DNA of 64,000 bases from an uncultured Desulfatitalea sp. (GTDB lineage: Bacteria > Desulfobacterota > Desulfobacteria > Desulfobacterales > Desulfosarcinaceae): positions 1,024,001 through 1,088,000 of the forward strand of contig CAXXMB010000002.1 of the NCBI GenBank assembly GCA_963668675.2. Direction: 5' to 3'. The position numbers and the translations under genes are program-made. This document shows, one piece after another, positions 28,816 through 38,550 of the stretch (positions are counted from its first letter, which is position 1; each line of letters begins with the position of its first letter). The notes below the pieces were generated by a model that was given only the letters and a program-made list of their open reading frames with translations, made no database searches and had not been told where the DNA came from.

Positions 28816-29880
28816 ATGGTGTGGAGTCTTGTCGAACCGCAAGCAAATGCAACGCAAACCAGCCCCGAACGCATTTACACGGATTTTTTCAATCTGTGCG
28901 GGATTCCTTTTTCCATCACGCCCGACCCGGAATTCCTCTACCTCTCCGATACACATCAAAGCGTTTTTGAAAAACTCCAATACGGCATACGCGGCCGGAT
29001 GGGGTTCATGGTGCTCACCGGCGAGGTGGGCACCGGCAAAACGACCTTGTGCCGCGCTCTCCTCGACCGGCTTCAGGGGCAGGCCCGGACGGTCTACGTC
29101 ATCAACCCCTCCCTGAGCGGCAAGGAGTTGATCGCCGCCATCCTCGACGATCTGGGCACCTGCTGCAATGCAACGGATTCGAAGAAGGGGCTGATCGACC
29201 GCCTCAACCGCTTTCTGCTCAACGAGGGCCTCGGCCAACCGGTGGTGATCATCATCGATGACGCGCAGACCATGCCGATGGAGACCCTTGAGGATCTGCG
29301 CCTGCTCTCCAACCTGGAGACCGACAAGAGCAAACTGCTGCAGATCCTGCTCGTCGGGCAGCCCGAACTGCTGGAGTTGATCGACCGTCGGGAACTGCGC
29401 CAGCTCAAACAGCGCATCTCCATCCACAGCCATCTGGGCTTCCTCTCCCGGGAGGAGGTGAGCGGTTATATCGAACGCCGCCTCGCCGTGGCCGGCAACA
29501 AGGGGCAGGTCCGTTTCAGCCCGAAGGCCGTACAACGAATCCATCGTGTATCCAAAGGCACCCCTCGAATGATCAACAAGCTCTGCGACCTCGCGTTGAC
29601 CGCAGCCTATGCGGCCGACTGCGCCATGGTAGAAGCAAGTCATATCTCTGTTGCCGAAAAAGAGCTGATCGGGACTACCTCGTGGAAAGCCAAAAACGGA
29701 AGCAACGATACGGCGCCCCGTATTCCGTTTCGGAAAGCCTCCTGGCTTCTTGGCGGACTGTTGCTGCTGGCAGTGGCAATGGGATATTGGACCCACTATC
29801 ACAATGAAACAGTGCCATCTGAAAATCGACCTGAAGCCATATCCCCAACAATGGAGAATCGCCTTGAGCCTGCTGAATGA
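28816..29880 (+). CDS. ExeA/MshM-family AAA ATPase
   Basis: PFSITPDPEFLY, GEVGTGKTT, IIIDDAQ, LEDLRLLSNLET, LVGQPEL, GTPRMINKLCD; C-terminal TM; ORF track starts at GTG 28717. Confidence 0.9.
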   Translation: MVWSLVEPQANATQTSPERIYTDFFNLCGIPFSITPDPEFLYLSDTHQSVFEKLQYGIRGRMGFMVLTGEVGTGKTTLCRALLDRLQGQARTVYVINPSLSGKELIAAILDDLGTCCNATDSKKGLIDRLNRFLLNEGLGQPVVIIIDDAQTMPMETLEDLRLLSNLETDKSKLLQILLVGQPELLELIDRRELRQLKQRISIHSHLGFLSREEVSGYIERRLAVAGNKGQVRFSPKAVQRIHRVSKGTPRMINKLCDLALTAAYAADCAMVEASHISVAEKELIGTTSWKAKNGSNDTAPRIPFRKASWLLGGLLLLAVAMGYWTHYHNETVPSENRPEAISPTMENRLEPAE

Positions 29881-31066
29881 TGCCCTGCGCAAACGCAGGG
29901 CCGAAGATAGGCCAGATGGCCATCATACCGCCAGAGCCGCTCTTGGTCCGGCCAAGCCACGGCGCTTCAAGCTGAACCGCAAACAGGCCATCCTTGGGGG
30001 AGTGACGATTGCGGCGGTCGCCTTTGCCGTCTGGTGCTGGTGGTGGCCCTTCGGTCGGGTCTCGTCTTCATTCTCTTCGGGGCCGGTCCAAACCGCCGCC
30101 TTGCATCCCGGGCCAAAAGAGGTACATGCTGTCGAACCATCGAATGATCCAAAGCCCCATGCCCAAACAGTCCAGATCGTCGAAAAGAAGACAAACTCCC
30201 GCCCACAGGCTGTTAAGCCTACCGCAGCGGTGAAGAGCGACAACGACCAACCGGCTGCTCCGGCACCCGACAAGACCAGGCCGGCCGCACCAACGACCGC
30301 TCCTGCAGAAACAGCAACAGTGAAGCCCCGGTATAGGGCAGCGATATCGGCCGCGACCAAGGAGGTCCAACCCCCTGCTTCGAAACCTGAAAAGACCGTG
30401 GCAACCATAGCGCCCGCCGCACCTCCTGTAGTGCCGCCGGCCCAACGCCGCCAGGTGTCGGCGACGCGCATTTACGAGAAGGCGCGCACCTACCATCGCC
30501 AGGGAAGAATACCCGAGGCCATTGCCATGTACCGCGAGGTGTTGAAAATCGATCCAAACCACTTCGATACCGGCTTCAATCTGACATCGGCCTATCTTCA
30601 GACCCGGGCCTTCAACAAAGCCGATGCCATGGCCTCCGACCTTTACCGAAAGAGACCGGACAATCCCCAGGTGGCCCTGAACCTGGCCATCGCCCGCATC
30701 GGCATCGGCCAGCCAAGAGAGGCCCTTGGCCTGCTGGAACGCATCTCCGCCCACTCCCAGGCACCGCTCTATGAGATCTACTTCCACAAAGGAGTGGCCT
30801 GCCGTAACATGGGAGAGCCGGCCCAGGCGGTGGCCTGGTATCAAAAAGCCGAACGACTCAAATCCGATGACCCGCGCCTGCTCTTCAACACGGCCGTGGC
30901 ACTGGACCAGAACCGGCAGTACGGTCCGGCGGCCAACTACTACCAAAAGTATTTGAAAAGCTCCGAAGAGGGAGATCCCGCAACTCGCAAAAAAGTGGCC
31001 CAGCGTATTCGCACCCTCCAGGCAGAGCTGGCTGCAACCCCCAACAAGGAAGAAAAGGTCCAATGA
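29864..31066 (+). CDS. TPR protein with N-terminal TM and Pro/Ala linker (MshN-like)
   Basis: TTG start giving MSLLNDALRK after GGAGA; TM segment; C-terminal TPR repeats. Confidence 0.8.
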   Translation: MSLLNDALRKRRAEDRPDGHHTARAALGPAKPRRFKLNRKQAILGGVTIAAVAFAVWCWWWPFGRVSSSFSSGPVQTAALHPGPKEVHAVEPSNDPKPHAQTVQIVEKKTNSRPQAVKPTAAVKSDNDQPAAPAPDKTRPAAPTTAPAETATVKPRYRAAISAATKEVQPPASKPEKTVATIAPAAPPVVPPAQRRQVSATRIYEKARTYHRQGRIPEAIAMYREVLKIDPNHFDTGFNLTSAYLQTRAFNKADAMASDLYRKRPDNPQVALNLAIARIGIGQPREALGLLERISAHSQAPLYEIYFHKGVACRNMGEPAQAVAWYQKAERLKSDDPRLLFNTAVALDQNRQYGPAANYYQKYLKSSEEGDPATRKKVAQRIRTLQAELAATPNKEEKVQ

Positions 31067-32715
31067 AAAAGCGTATCGGCGATATCCTTATGGAGATGGG
31101 ATTTATCGACGGCGACCAGCTGAAGCTGGCCCTGATGGAGACCAAAAAAACCGGCAGCATGATCGGCGACGTGCTGCAACGCATGGGCTGGGTGACCGAA
31201 GAGGATCTGCAGATGGCCATAGCCGTGCAAAGCGGCGCCAAAATCCTCGATACAGAGGCGACGGAGATCGACCACAGCCTGATGGCCCGCATCCCCATCG
31301 AGTTTGTCAACGAGCACGGCATGTTCCCCTTTGCCCAGGACGATGGCGTATTGAAGACGGCCACCAACAACCCCTTCGATGTTATTGCCCGGGACAAGCT
31401 GGCCCGGCTGAGCGGCCAGCGCGTGGAGACCTTCATCGCACCCAAGAACTGGATCGCCAAAGCCATCGAAGTCTTCTACAAGACTGCCCAGACGCTCGAC
31501 GATGAAATCAACGCCATCACCTACTCCCAGGCCGGGGGCGATGCCACCGAAGACAACCGCATCATCAAGCTCTCCAGTCTGCTGATCGATAAGGGCTACG
31601 TTTTGGGCGCCAGCGACATCCACATCGTGCCCGACGCCAACCTGGTGCGGATCTACTACCGCATCGACGGCGTGCTGCACCAGATGTACCTGTTCGCCAA
31701 AAAATTCCAGCAGCCCCTGGTCACACGCTACAAGATCATGGCCGACATGGATATCTCCAACCCCAACATTCCCCACGACGGCCGCATCAAGTACGAAAGC
31801 GGCGTTGGTGGATTCGATATCCGCGTCTCCACCTTTCCGACCCAGTTGGGGGAAACGGTGGTCATGCGCCTGCTGATCTACAACAAGGTGGTGGGCGATC
31901 TGAAGAATCTGGGTTTCGAAGGAGAAGACCTGGATCGCTTCCACCAAAACATCCAGCGCCCCTACGGCCTGATTCTCACCACCGGGCCCACCGGCTCGGG
32001 TAAGACCACGACCCTCTACACGGCCCTGATGACCATCAACAGCCCCAACATCAACTGCATGACCGTGGAAGATCCCATCGAATATGTGATCCCCACGATC
32101 CGCCAGACAGCCGTCAACGTCAAGGCCGGCCTGACCTTCGAGAATGCCCTGCGCTCGGCCATGCGCCAGGATCCGGATGTGATGCTGGTCGGTGAAATCC
32201 GGGACAAGACCACCGCCGACCTGGCCATGCGCGCCGCCCTGACCGGCCACCTGGTGCTCTCAACGCTGCACACCAATGACGCGGCATCGGCCATCAACCG
32301 TCTGCTCGATCTGGGCGTCAACGCCAGTATCCTGGCCTCGTCGCTCTCCATGATCGTGGCCCAGCGCCTGGTGCGTCTGCTCTGTCCGCGCTGCTCGGAG
32401 CGTGAACCGATCACAGAGGCGGAACGCAAGGTGTTTATGAGCAACGACATGGAGCCACCCGAGGAGCTGGCCAAAGCCAGGGGGTGCGACAGCTGCCTCC
32501 AGTCCGGGTACAAGGGCCGGGGCGGCATCTATGAGGTGATCGTGGTGGACCGTGAGATCGAGAAGATGATCTTCACCGGCGCGCTGCACCGTGAGATTGA
32601 AGACAGGGCCAGGAGCGCCGGTACGGTGTTGATGTTCAAACAGGCCCTGAAAAAAGTGACCCGCCACCTCACCTCCCTGGACGAGGTTCAGCGGGTAATC
32701 GTGGACTATGCCTAA
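31063..32715 (+). CDS. GspE/PilB/MshE-family assembly ATPase with N-terminal MshEN domain
   Basis: RIGDILMEMGFI..., ASDIHI, GPTGSGKTTTLY, VEDPIEY, RQDPDVMLVGEIRD, GHLVLSTLHTN, CPRC/CDSC. Confidence 0.93.
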   Translation: MKKRIGDILMEMGFIDGDQLKLALMETKKTGSMIGDVLQRMGWVTEEDLQMAIAVQSGAKILDTEATEIDHSLMARIPIEFVNEHGMFPFAQDDGVLKTATNNPFDVIARDKLARLSGQRVETFIAPKNWIAKAIEVFYKTAQTLDDEINAITYSQAGGDATEDNRIIKLSSLLIDKGYVLGASDIHIVPDANLVRIYYRIDGVLHQMYLFAKKFQQPLVTRYKIMADMDISNPNIPHDGRIKYESGVGGFDIRVSTFPTQLGETVVMRLLIYNKVVGDLKNLGFEGEDLDRFHQNIQRPYGLILTTGPTGSGKTTTLYTALMTINSPNINCMTVEDPIEYVIPTIRQTAVNVKAGLTFENALRSAMRQDPDVMLVGEIRDKTTADLAMRAALTGHLVLSTLHTNDAASAINRLLDLGVNASILASSLSMIVAQRLVRLLCPRCSEREPITEAERKVFMSNDMEPPEELAKARGCDSCLQSGYKGRGGIYEVIVVDREIEKMIFTGALHREIEDRARSAGTVLMFKQALKKVTRHLTSLDEVQRVIVDYA

Positions 32716-33922
32716 CTACAGCTACAAAGCGGTCGACGACAGCGGCCGGGTCGTCAAGGGCGTGGCCATCGCCTTCGACGAGGGCGATATGGAGCTCAAG
32801 CTCGACCAGGCCGGCCTTGCGCTGATCCAAAGCCGCCCGATCAAAGAGAGCTCCCTGAACCGCCTGCTGGGTGGCGCGATCAAGCTGCGCACCGTGGTCG
32901 AGTTCTACCACCGCCTGGCCCAGACCCTTGATATCGGCTTGCCCCTGCTCTCGGCGCTGGAAGAGAACAGCCAATACCTGCCCTCCAAACCCATGCGCCG
33001 AATCTCCGGTGAGATCAAAGTGGCCGTGGAAGGTGGCCGCACGCTTCACGAAGCCATGGGGGCCCACTCAAAAATCTTTCAGAAGCTCGACCTGGCCATC
33101 GTGCGTATGGGTGAGCAGACCGGCGTACTGCCGACCTGCCTCAAACAGTTGGCCGCCTTCCTGCAATGGAAAGAGGAACTGCGCGCCCACATCCGAAAGG
33201 CGACCATCTATCCGTCCTTCGTGGTGGTCTCCATCGTCGCCGTACTGGGGGTGTGGGTCGGATATGTGCTGCCCCAGATGGTCAAAGTGCTGTCGGAGAT
33301 GCAGGTGGTCGTCCCCAAGGCCACCCTGGCGGTCCTTGGCGTGAGCGACTTCGTCAAGGCCAACTGGATCTGGTTCCTCGTCGGCGGCGCCCTGTTGGCG
33401 GGCTTGCTTTTTCTCTACCAGCGCACCGAAAAGGGCGGCATACGCTTCGACAGCTGGCTGCTGCGCCTGCCCCTGCTCGGCCAGGTGCTGCGCAACATCA
33501 GCCTGGCGCGCCTGTGCCACAATTTCGCCACCATGTTCGGCGCCGGCATGGCCATCCAGCAGATCTTCAGCACCCTGGCCGACAATGGCCTGGGCAACCG
33601 CTATCTGGAATCCCGCCTCAAGGTGGTCTACAAAGAGATCGAAAGCGGCGAATCCATCGCCGGCTCCTTCGACGCCGCCGGCGGCTACCCCAGCCTGTTG
33701 CTGGGCGCCATACGCAACGGCGAAGCCACCGGCACCCTGGACCAGTCGTTCCAGCGCCTGGGCGACTACTTCGATATCGAAGTCAAACGCACCGTAGAGG
33801 CCCTGCTGAGCGCCATAGAGCCCATGGCCATCATCGCCCTGGGCGCCATCTTCGGCCTGATCGTGCTCTCCATTCTGCTTCCGCTGTACGACGTGATGGG
33901 TGCCATGGGGAAGGCGTACTAG
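32708..33922 (+). CDS. GspF/PilC/MshG-family inner-membrane platform protein
   Basis: MPNYSYKAVD, VRMGEQTG, ATIYPSF, GEATGTLD, IEP...ILLPLYD. Confidence 0.92.
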   Translation: MPNYSYKAVDDSGRVVKGVAIAFDEGDMELKLDQAGLALIQSRPIKESSLNRLLGGAIKLRTVVEFYHRLAQTLDIGLPLLSALEENSQYLPSKPMRRISGEIKVAVEGGRTLHEAMGAHSKIFQKLDLAIVRMGEQTGVLPTCLKQLAAFLQWKEELRAHIRKATIYPSFVVVSIVAVLGVWVGYVLPQMVKVLSEMQVVVPKATLAVLGVSDFVKANWIWFLVGGALLAGLLFLYQRTEKGGIRFDSWLLRLPLLGQVLRNISLARLCHNFATMFGAGMAIQQIFSTLADNGLGNRYLESRLKVVYKEIESGESIAGSFDAAGGYPSLLLGAIRNGEATGTLDQSFQRLGDYFDIEVKRTVEALLSAIEPMAIIALGAIFGLIVLSILLPLYDVMGAMGKAY

Positions 33923-33960
33923 CCACGTCTATCGCCACCATTCTCGCATCAAAAAAGAGA

Positions 33961-34042
33961 AAATCCACCTAAATCCTCCTCTATAAAAGGAGGACTTAAA
34001 AAAAGATCCCCATTTCCCAAAGGGGGGCCGGGGGGGGGATTT
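33961..34042. repeat. GC-rich palindromic REP/MITE-like element between convergent operons
   Basis: AAATCCACCT...GGGGGGGATTT termini with internal hairpins TCCTCCT/AGGAGGA and CCCCATTT..AAAGGGGG. Confidence 0.6.
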
Positions 34043-34141
34043 GTCCCAGCAGGAGAGTGCTATGAAGCAGCAATCCAATCGACAGAATTCCTTCGCTTCA
34101 ATCTTTCCACTTTAAACTTTCAACTCCCCGTTTAGCGGGGT

Positions 34142-35056
34142 TTACGGCGTCAAATTGATGGTCGCCCCCTGCCCGGCCAGCACCACGGGAGTGGGGGGAG
34201 AGGAGGGGGTGACGATGGACCCGCCGCGATTGGCGGCGGTGCGCACCTCGATGCGGGTGCCGGAGATAATCGAATAGAGGCCCGAGGTATTGTTGTTGAC
34301 TGATCCGATGTCGCTGCCCTGGTTCACATCATGGATGTAGACCCGGGCGCCGGAAGTATTGTTGACGGCCAGATCGAGATATTCGCACACATTGCCGAAG
34401 AGCTCGTTGCCGCCGATGTATACGGTCAGATCGTCGAAGTCCTGGGTGGGCGGATGGCGCAGGTAGTTGGGAGTACCGTTGGCGTTGTTGCCCTGATAGC
34501 CTCCGCCGTTGAAGTCATCGAAAGTGTTCCCGTTGCCGTCCGCGTCCATGGGGCCTGCGCTCACCAGGGCCACGGCCACGCTGAAGGCCACTGCGACGCC
34601 GTCGGCGTCCATCACGAGAGGACGGGCTGTCAACCCGGTGCGAAGTGCGGCACAGGTGGCCGGACGACTGGTGGCCAGACCGGTGTTGACCTCGTAGCGA
34701 ATCACCCGTTTATAGGGATCCGCCGGGGCCATCTGCAGGGTCATGTACGGCAAAAAGCCGTTGGTGACGCCAGTGTCCTCCAGACCATCGCCCGAGCCGG
34801 CCGGATTGCCGTCGGCCCAGGGCAGGCGACCGTTGTTGACCGTATAGCTGATGAGGGCCGAGCGCGCCTGTTGAAGATAGGCGACTGCCTCGTTGCGCGC
34901 CTTGCGTTCGGTGAGCATCTTCATCAACGAGATGCCGCCGCCGGTCAACAGGCCGATGATTACCATCACGATGGCGATCTCGAGCAGCGTAAAACCGCTG
35001 TTATTTCTTATCAGCAACCGTTGGTGTTTCATCAGTGGCAAACAATGCTGTCCCAT
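34142..35056 (-). CDS. Type IV prepilin-like protein (minor pilin/pseudopilin); start 35056 or 35032
   Basis: SG|FTLLEIAIVMVIIGLLTGGG class III signal peptide, GRLPWAD, DDLTVYI. Confidence 0.85.
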   Translation of the reverse strand: MGQHCLPLMKHQRLLIRNNSGFTLLEIAIVMVIIGLLTGGGISLMKMLTERKARNEAVAYLQQARSALISYTVNNGRLPWADGNPAGSGDGLEDTGVTNGFLPYMTLQMAPADPYKRVIRYEVNTGLATSRPATCAALRTGLTARPLVMDADGVAVAFSVAVALVSAGPMDADGNGNTFDDFNGGGYQGNNANGTPNYLRHPPTQDFDDLTVYIGGNELFGNVCEYLDLAVNNTSGARVYIHDVNQGSDIGSVNNNTSGLYSIISGTRIEVRTAANRGGSIVTPSSPPTPVVLAGQGATINLTP

Positions 35057-35141
35057 GGAAAAGCAAGGGCCGCTGCCCCGTGGCAGCAGCCCCGCTGCCG
35101 AGCAGTCGATGCGTTGGTATAACTGCTCCTCAACGCATACT

Positions 35142-35720
35142 TTAAAACGGCATATAAAAGTTGGCCACCGGTGTGGAGGCCTCCAGATAATCCTCATTGG
35201 CTACGATGGTGCCGGTATTGAAAACGCCATCATCGTATTTTGTATCGATCTCCAGGCAAACATCCCACGGCAAGTTGTTGAATCGGATGAAATGACCTGG
35301 CCCGGGCGTGCCTGGCGGGTTGACCCAGTAGATATAGACATCGTCACCAAATACATGGGTAGCGACATTGGCGCCGTTGAAATCGCCGCTGATCAAACCC
35401 GCTTCGACCAGATCGTTGAACATGTCGAATCGTTCACCGTTCTCCATCATGCCGTCACCGTCGCCGCTGACCGTATCGCCCGGCGGAATGTTGGCTTTGT
35501 TCTCATCCCCCGGGAAAACACCGTATTTATCATAAAAGCCCATGACCACCGCCCGGAACTCATCGGCCTGCTTGACCACGCGCTTGACCTTGGCATTCTG
35601 AATCATGGCCTGCCCCTTGAGCACACCGCCGATCAGCAATCCGATAATCACCATGACGATGGCAATCTCCACCAACGTAAAACCGGCCTGGTCGCGTCTC
35701 ATTCGTTTCAGATACAACAT
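35142..35720 (-). CDS. Type IV prepilin (probable major pilin), ~192 aa
   Basis: AG|FTLVEIAIVMVIIGLLIGGVLKGQAMIQNAK, DKYGVFPGD, EIDTKYDDG; ATG 35720 follows GGAGG. Confidence 0.88.
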   Translation of the reverse strand: MLYLKRMRRDQAGFTLVEIAIVMVIIGLLIGGVLKGQAMIQNAKVKRVVKQADEFRAVVMGFYDKYGVFPGDENKANIPPGDTVSGDGDGMMENGERFDMFNDLVEAGLISGDFNGANVATHVFGDDVYIYWVNPPGTPGPGHFIRFNNLPWDVCLEIDTKYDDGVFNTGTIVANEDYLEASTPVANFYMPF

Positions 35721-35883
35721 GTTAATCCTCCGTATTTGATTTTCGGCCGCACCGTAAAAGCGCATCCGCGCCTCTCTCTATCTCTTTTCGGTGTAAACCC
35801 ATAAAAACTTAAATTAGCCTCAAAAACAGACCATCTATTGAAATAGACGGAGCACCACCACTTTCATACGTTTCCACTTTCGT

Positions 35884-37422
35884 TCAAACCTGCTCGCGAA
35901 TGTAAGGCGTCACAAAAATCACCAATTCGAAATTCTCTTCGCTATCTTCCATGTGCTTGAACAGACGACCGATCAGCGGCAGATCGCCGAAAAACGGCAA
36001 CCCTTCATGTTTGACCGTCCTGATCTTGTTGATCAAACCGGCCAGGACGAACGAGTGCCCCTCTCGTACCCGCACCGTGGTGGCCAGCTCTTGCAGGTCG
36101 ATCACCGGATTGGTGATCGAAAGGGTCGAGACACCGGTCGGAATGTCCACATCCACCTCCCTCTGTATACGCGTCAAGGCAGGAACGATATGAAACGTCA
36201 CCATCCCGTCCGAGGCGATCTGGGTGGTCAATCCCAGCTGAAGCCCAAGGACCGCTCTTCGTATAGAGGTGCCGATGGTGATAAAGCCGGTATCCTGGTC
36301 TCGATCCACGCCATCGACATCGGCATAGGGGAACTGGTATCCCACGGTGAGCATGGCCGACTGACGGTTCATAACGGTCAGATGGGGATTGGAGAGAACT
36401 TTCACATCTCCCTGGGTCTTTAGAAAATCGAGCAGCGCCCCGAACTGGGACTGGGCGCCCTTGGCGATGGATCCGTTGTTGTTGAACACCATTTGGAAGA
36501 CATCCGGCAGGGCCCCGCTGCCGGATGTAAAGGTCACATCCAGTTCACTCCAATCGATGCCGTATTTGCTCTCATCCGTGAGACGCACCTCCATGATGCG
36601 CGCTTCCACAAAAACCTGGCGGTTCAATGATTCGGTCAGCGAGTCGAGAAAGCGCACCATGGCGGCCAATCGACGGGGGGTGTCGGCCATGTAGATGACG
36701 CCGGCATTGCGATTGAGACGTAAGATGCCCTCTTCGGTCTTCAAACCGGAGAGGGCCTGCTCGACCGCCTGCCATAGATCCGAACTCTGCTCGGGCTTTT
36801 TGCTTTTGATCTTGTACTTGCCGGCCACCCCGGCGCTGTCCACTCCCGATCCCAGCATGTCGCCACCCACCTCGATCTCTGTTTCACCGACCATATCGAG
36901 GTAGTCGAACTGGTAAATGCGTTCGGCAAACCGTTTGATGGACAGGGTGCCCTGCGCCATGCGCCACGCATATCCGGCACCGTTGACGACAATCATCTCC
37001 AGGGCCTCGTCGAGGGTCACATTTTTCAGGTTCACCGTCACAGGCCTTTGCAGGTCGATCTCCGCCTCGATGGAGAGGTTGTACTCCGAATCCCTGGTCA
37101 GGGCGGCAATCACCTCACCGAGGGGGGCCTTGTCAAAGGTGAGGGAGTAGAGCACCGGCGCCACGGTTACCTCTTTGGTCAGAGGTGCCATCTGCTCGGA
37201 GAAGGGCGGCGGCCCCGGCAGACGCCGCGCTTTGGCCCGATCCAAATGCACCTTGGGCCGCAGCTGATCCAGCTCGTTCGGCACATTACTCAGCGGCGTT
37301 TGCGGCCGGCGGGCCGCACATCCACTGCCCAATGCCATGCAGAGCAGGACGACCGGCACAACGATCCATTTGATGCCGGGGTTGATGCCGGGGTGTATAT
37401 TGCGGGGAAATTTCATTTGCAT
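35884..37422 (-). CDS. mshL: MshL-like secretin lipoprotein
   Basis: Lipobox LGSGC, RQVFVEARIMEV..GIDWS, VLSNPHL, TTVRVREG..LAGLI, LPFFGDLPLIGRLF, ELVIFVTP. Confidence 0.88.
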   Translation of the reverse strand: MQMKFPRNIHPGINPGIKWIVVPVVLLCMALGSGCAARRPQTPLSNVPNELDQLRPKVHLDRAKARRLPGPPPFSEQMAPLTKEVTVAPVLYSLTFDKAPLGEVIAALTRDSEYNLSIEAEIDLQRPVTVNLKNVTLDEALEMIVVNGAGYAWRMAQGTLSIKRFAERIYQFDYLDMVGETEIEVGGDMLGSGVDSAGVAGKYKIKSKKPEQSSDLWQAVEQALSGLKTEEGILRLNRNAGVIYMADTPRRLAAMVRFLDSLTESLNRQVFVEARIMEVRLTDESKYGIDWSELDVTFTSGSGALPDVFQMVFNNNGSIAKGAQSQFGALLDFLKTQGDVKVLSNPHLTVMNRQSAMLTVGYQFPYADVDGVDRDQDTGFITIGTSIRRAVLGLQLGLTTQIASDGMVTFHIVPALTRIQREVDVDIPTGVSTLSITNPVIDLQELATTVRVREGHSFVLAGLINKIRTVKHEGLPFFGDLPLIGRLFKHMEDSEENFELVIFVTPYIREQV

Positions 37423-37444
37423 TGACTCCTTGTTCACGATCGTT

Positions 37445-37978
37445 CTATTGGCCTTGATCGCTGCTGTAGCGCGGGGCCGGGCTCTCAACGAACCACTCCA
37501 TTCCCTGGCGACTCAGCAAAACCCCTTCCGCAGAGATCTTTTCGACTTTAAACGCCATCACCTCATCCGTTTCCCGGCACACGCGACCATCGAGCAGCGC
37601 CAGGTAAGCAGTCTTTCCCGAAGGGCTGTCGGCTTTTAAAATGCCGGTTAAATCCGGCAGCAGCACATTCTCCGTTAATGAAATACCCGATCCACTCACC
37701 GCGGGCGCCTCGGACGGTTCGACCGCCTCCTTGGTTGTGAGCATGGATATCGGTTTTTCTAAAAAACCATACTGCCCGAACGCATTTTTAGTATTCTCGG
37801 CCAGCCGGCTCTCCAATCGGGCCAGTTTCTGGCGCAGGGAGGATATGGCCGGAGTGCTGCCTCGAAGCGGCTCGCTCTCCAAGCCGAGAAACCCGAAACC
37901 GTTGATCGTCACAAGCACCAGGCCCGCCATTATCCATCCGGCTGTGCACAACTGCTGTTTGCTGCCAACCAGTTTCAT
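37445..37978 (-). CDS. Pilus/T2SS accessory protein (MshK/PilP-like)
   Basis: N-terminal TM; LTGIL...ALLDGRVCRETD...VEKISAEGVLL; position upstream of the secretin. Confidence 0.6.
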   Translation of the reverse strand: MKLVGSKQQLCTAGWIMAGLVLVTINGFGFLGLESEPLRGSTPAISSLRQKLARLESRLAENTKNAFGQYGFLEKPISMLTTKEAVEPSEAPAVSGSGISLTENVLLPDLTGILKADSPSGKTAYLALLDGRVCRETDEVMAFKVEKISAEGVLLSRQGMEWFVESPAPRYSSDQGQ

Positions 37979-38550
37979 AAGGCCTCTGCCCCCTGCTCTC
38001 CCTGGACGGTGGTCACCTTGGGCATCGCCACCGATCTCTCCGGCGGCTGATTCACGATACGATACTTGAACCGCAGTTCGATCTGCATTTCGACCTTGTT
38101 GCGGCCCTTCTCAGATGAGATGGTCATCTTCCCGATCGTCAAATAGAGGGACTTGTGCAGTGCAGTGAGAAACCCCACCGCAGGGCCCAACGCGCCCCGC
38201 ATACTCACCGTGCAGGGAATTTGATCTCCGATCACCTGTGTCATTTCGGTCCGGATGCGCACATCCTCAAGATCGAATGCGGCAGCCAGGGCATGCAGTC
38301 GGCTGCGCACGTCCACAATGCCCAGGTCGAGAGATTCAACCGGCAGAAACAACGCCTCGTGGGATTTGGAAATCCGGGCCAGTTCTTTGGCGTTCTGGCG
38401 TTGAAAGTCGATCTCCCTGAGACGCTGCTCGTTCTTGCCGCGCGCAGCCGCAACCGTTTCTATTTTAACGCCGTTCCAAAAGGTGAGTGCCAGGGCCAAC
38501 GCCCAGACACAGCCCACCACCAACCAGCGCATTTTCATTTTGGAGCTCAT
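37975..38550 (-). CDS. Pilus/T2SS alignment protein (MshJ/PilO/GspM-like)
   Basis: N-terminal TM, coiled coil, VSMRGALGPAVGFLTALH; ATGA overlaps with both neighbours. Confidence 0.6.
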   Translation of the reverse strand: MSSKMKMRWLVVGCVWALALALTFWNGVKIETVAAARGKNEQRLREIDFQRQNAKELARISKSHEALFLPVESLDLGIVDVRSRLHALAAAFDLEDVRIRTEMTQVIGDQIPCTVSMRGALGPAVGFLTALHKSLYLTIGKMTISSEKGRNKVEMQIELRFKYRIVNQPPERSVAMPKVTTVQGEQGAEAL

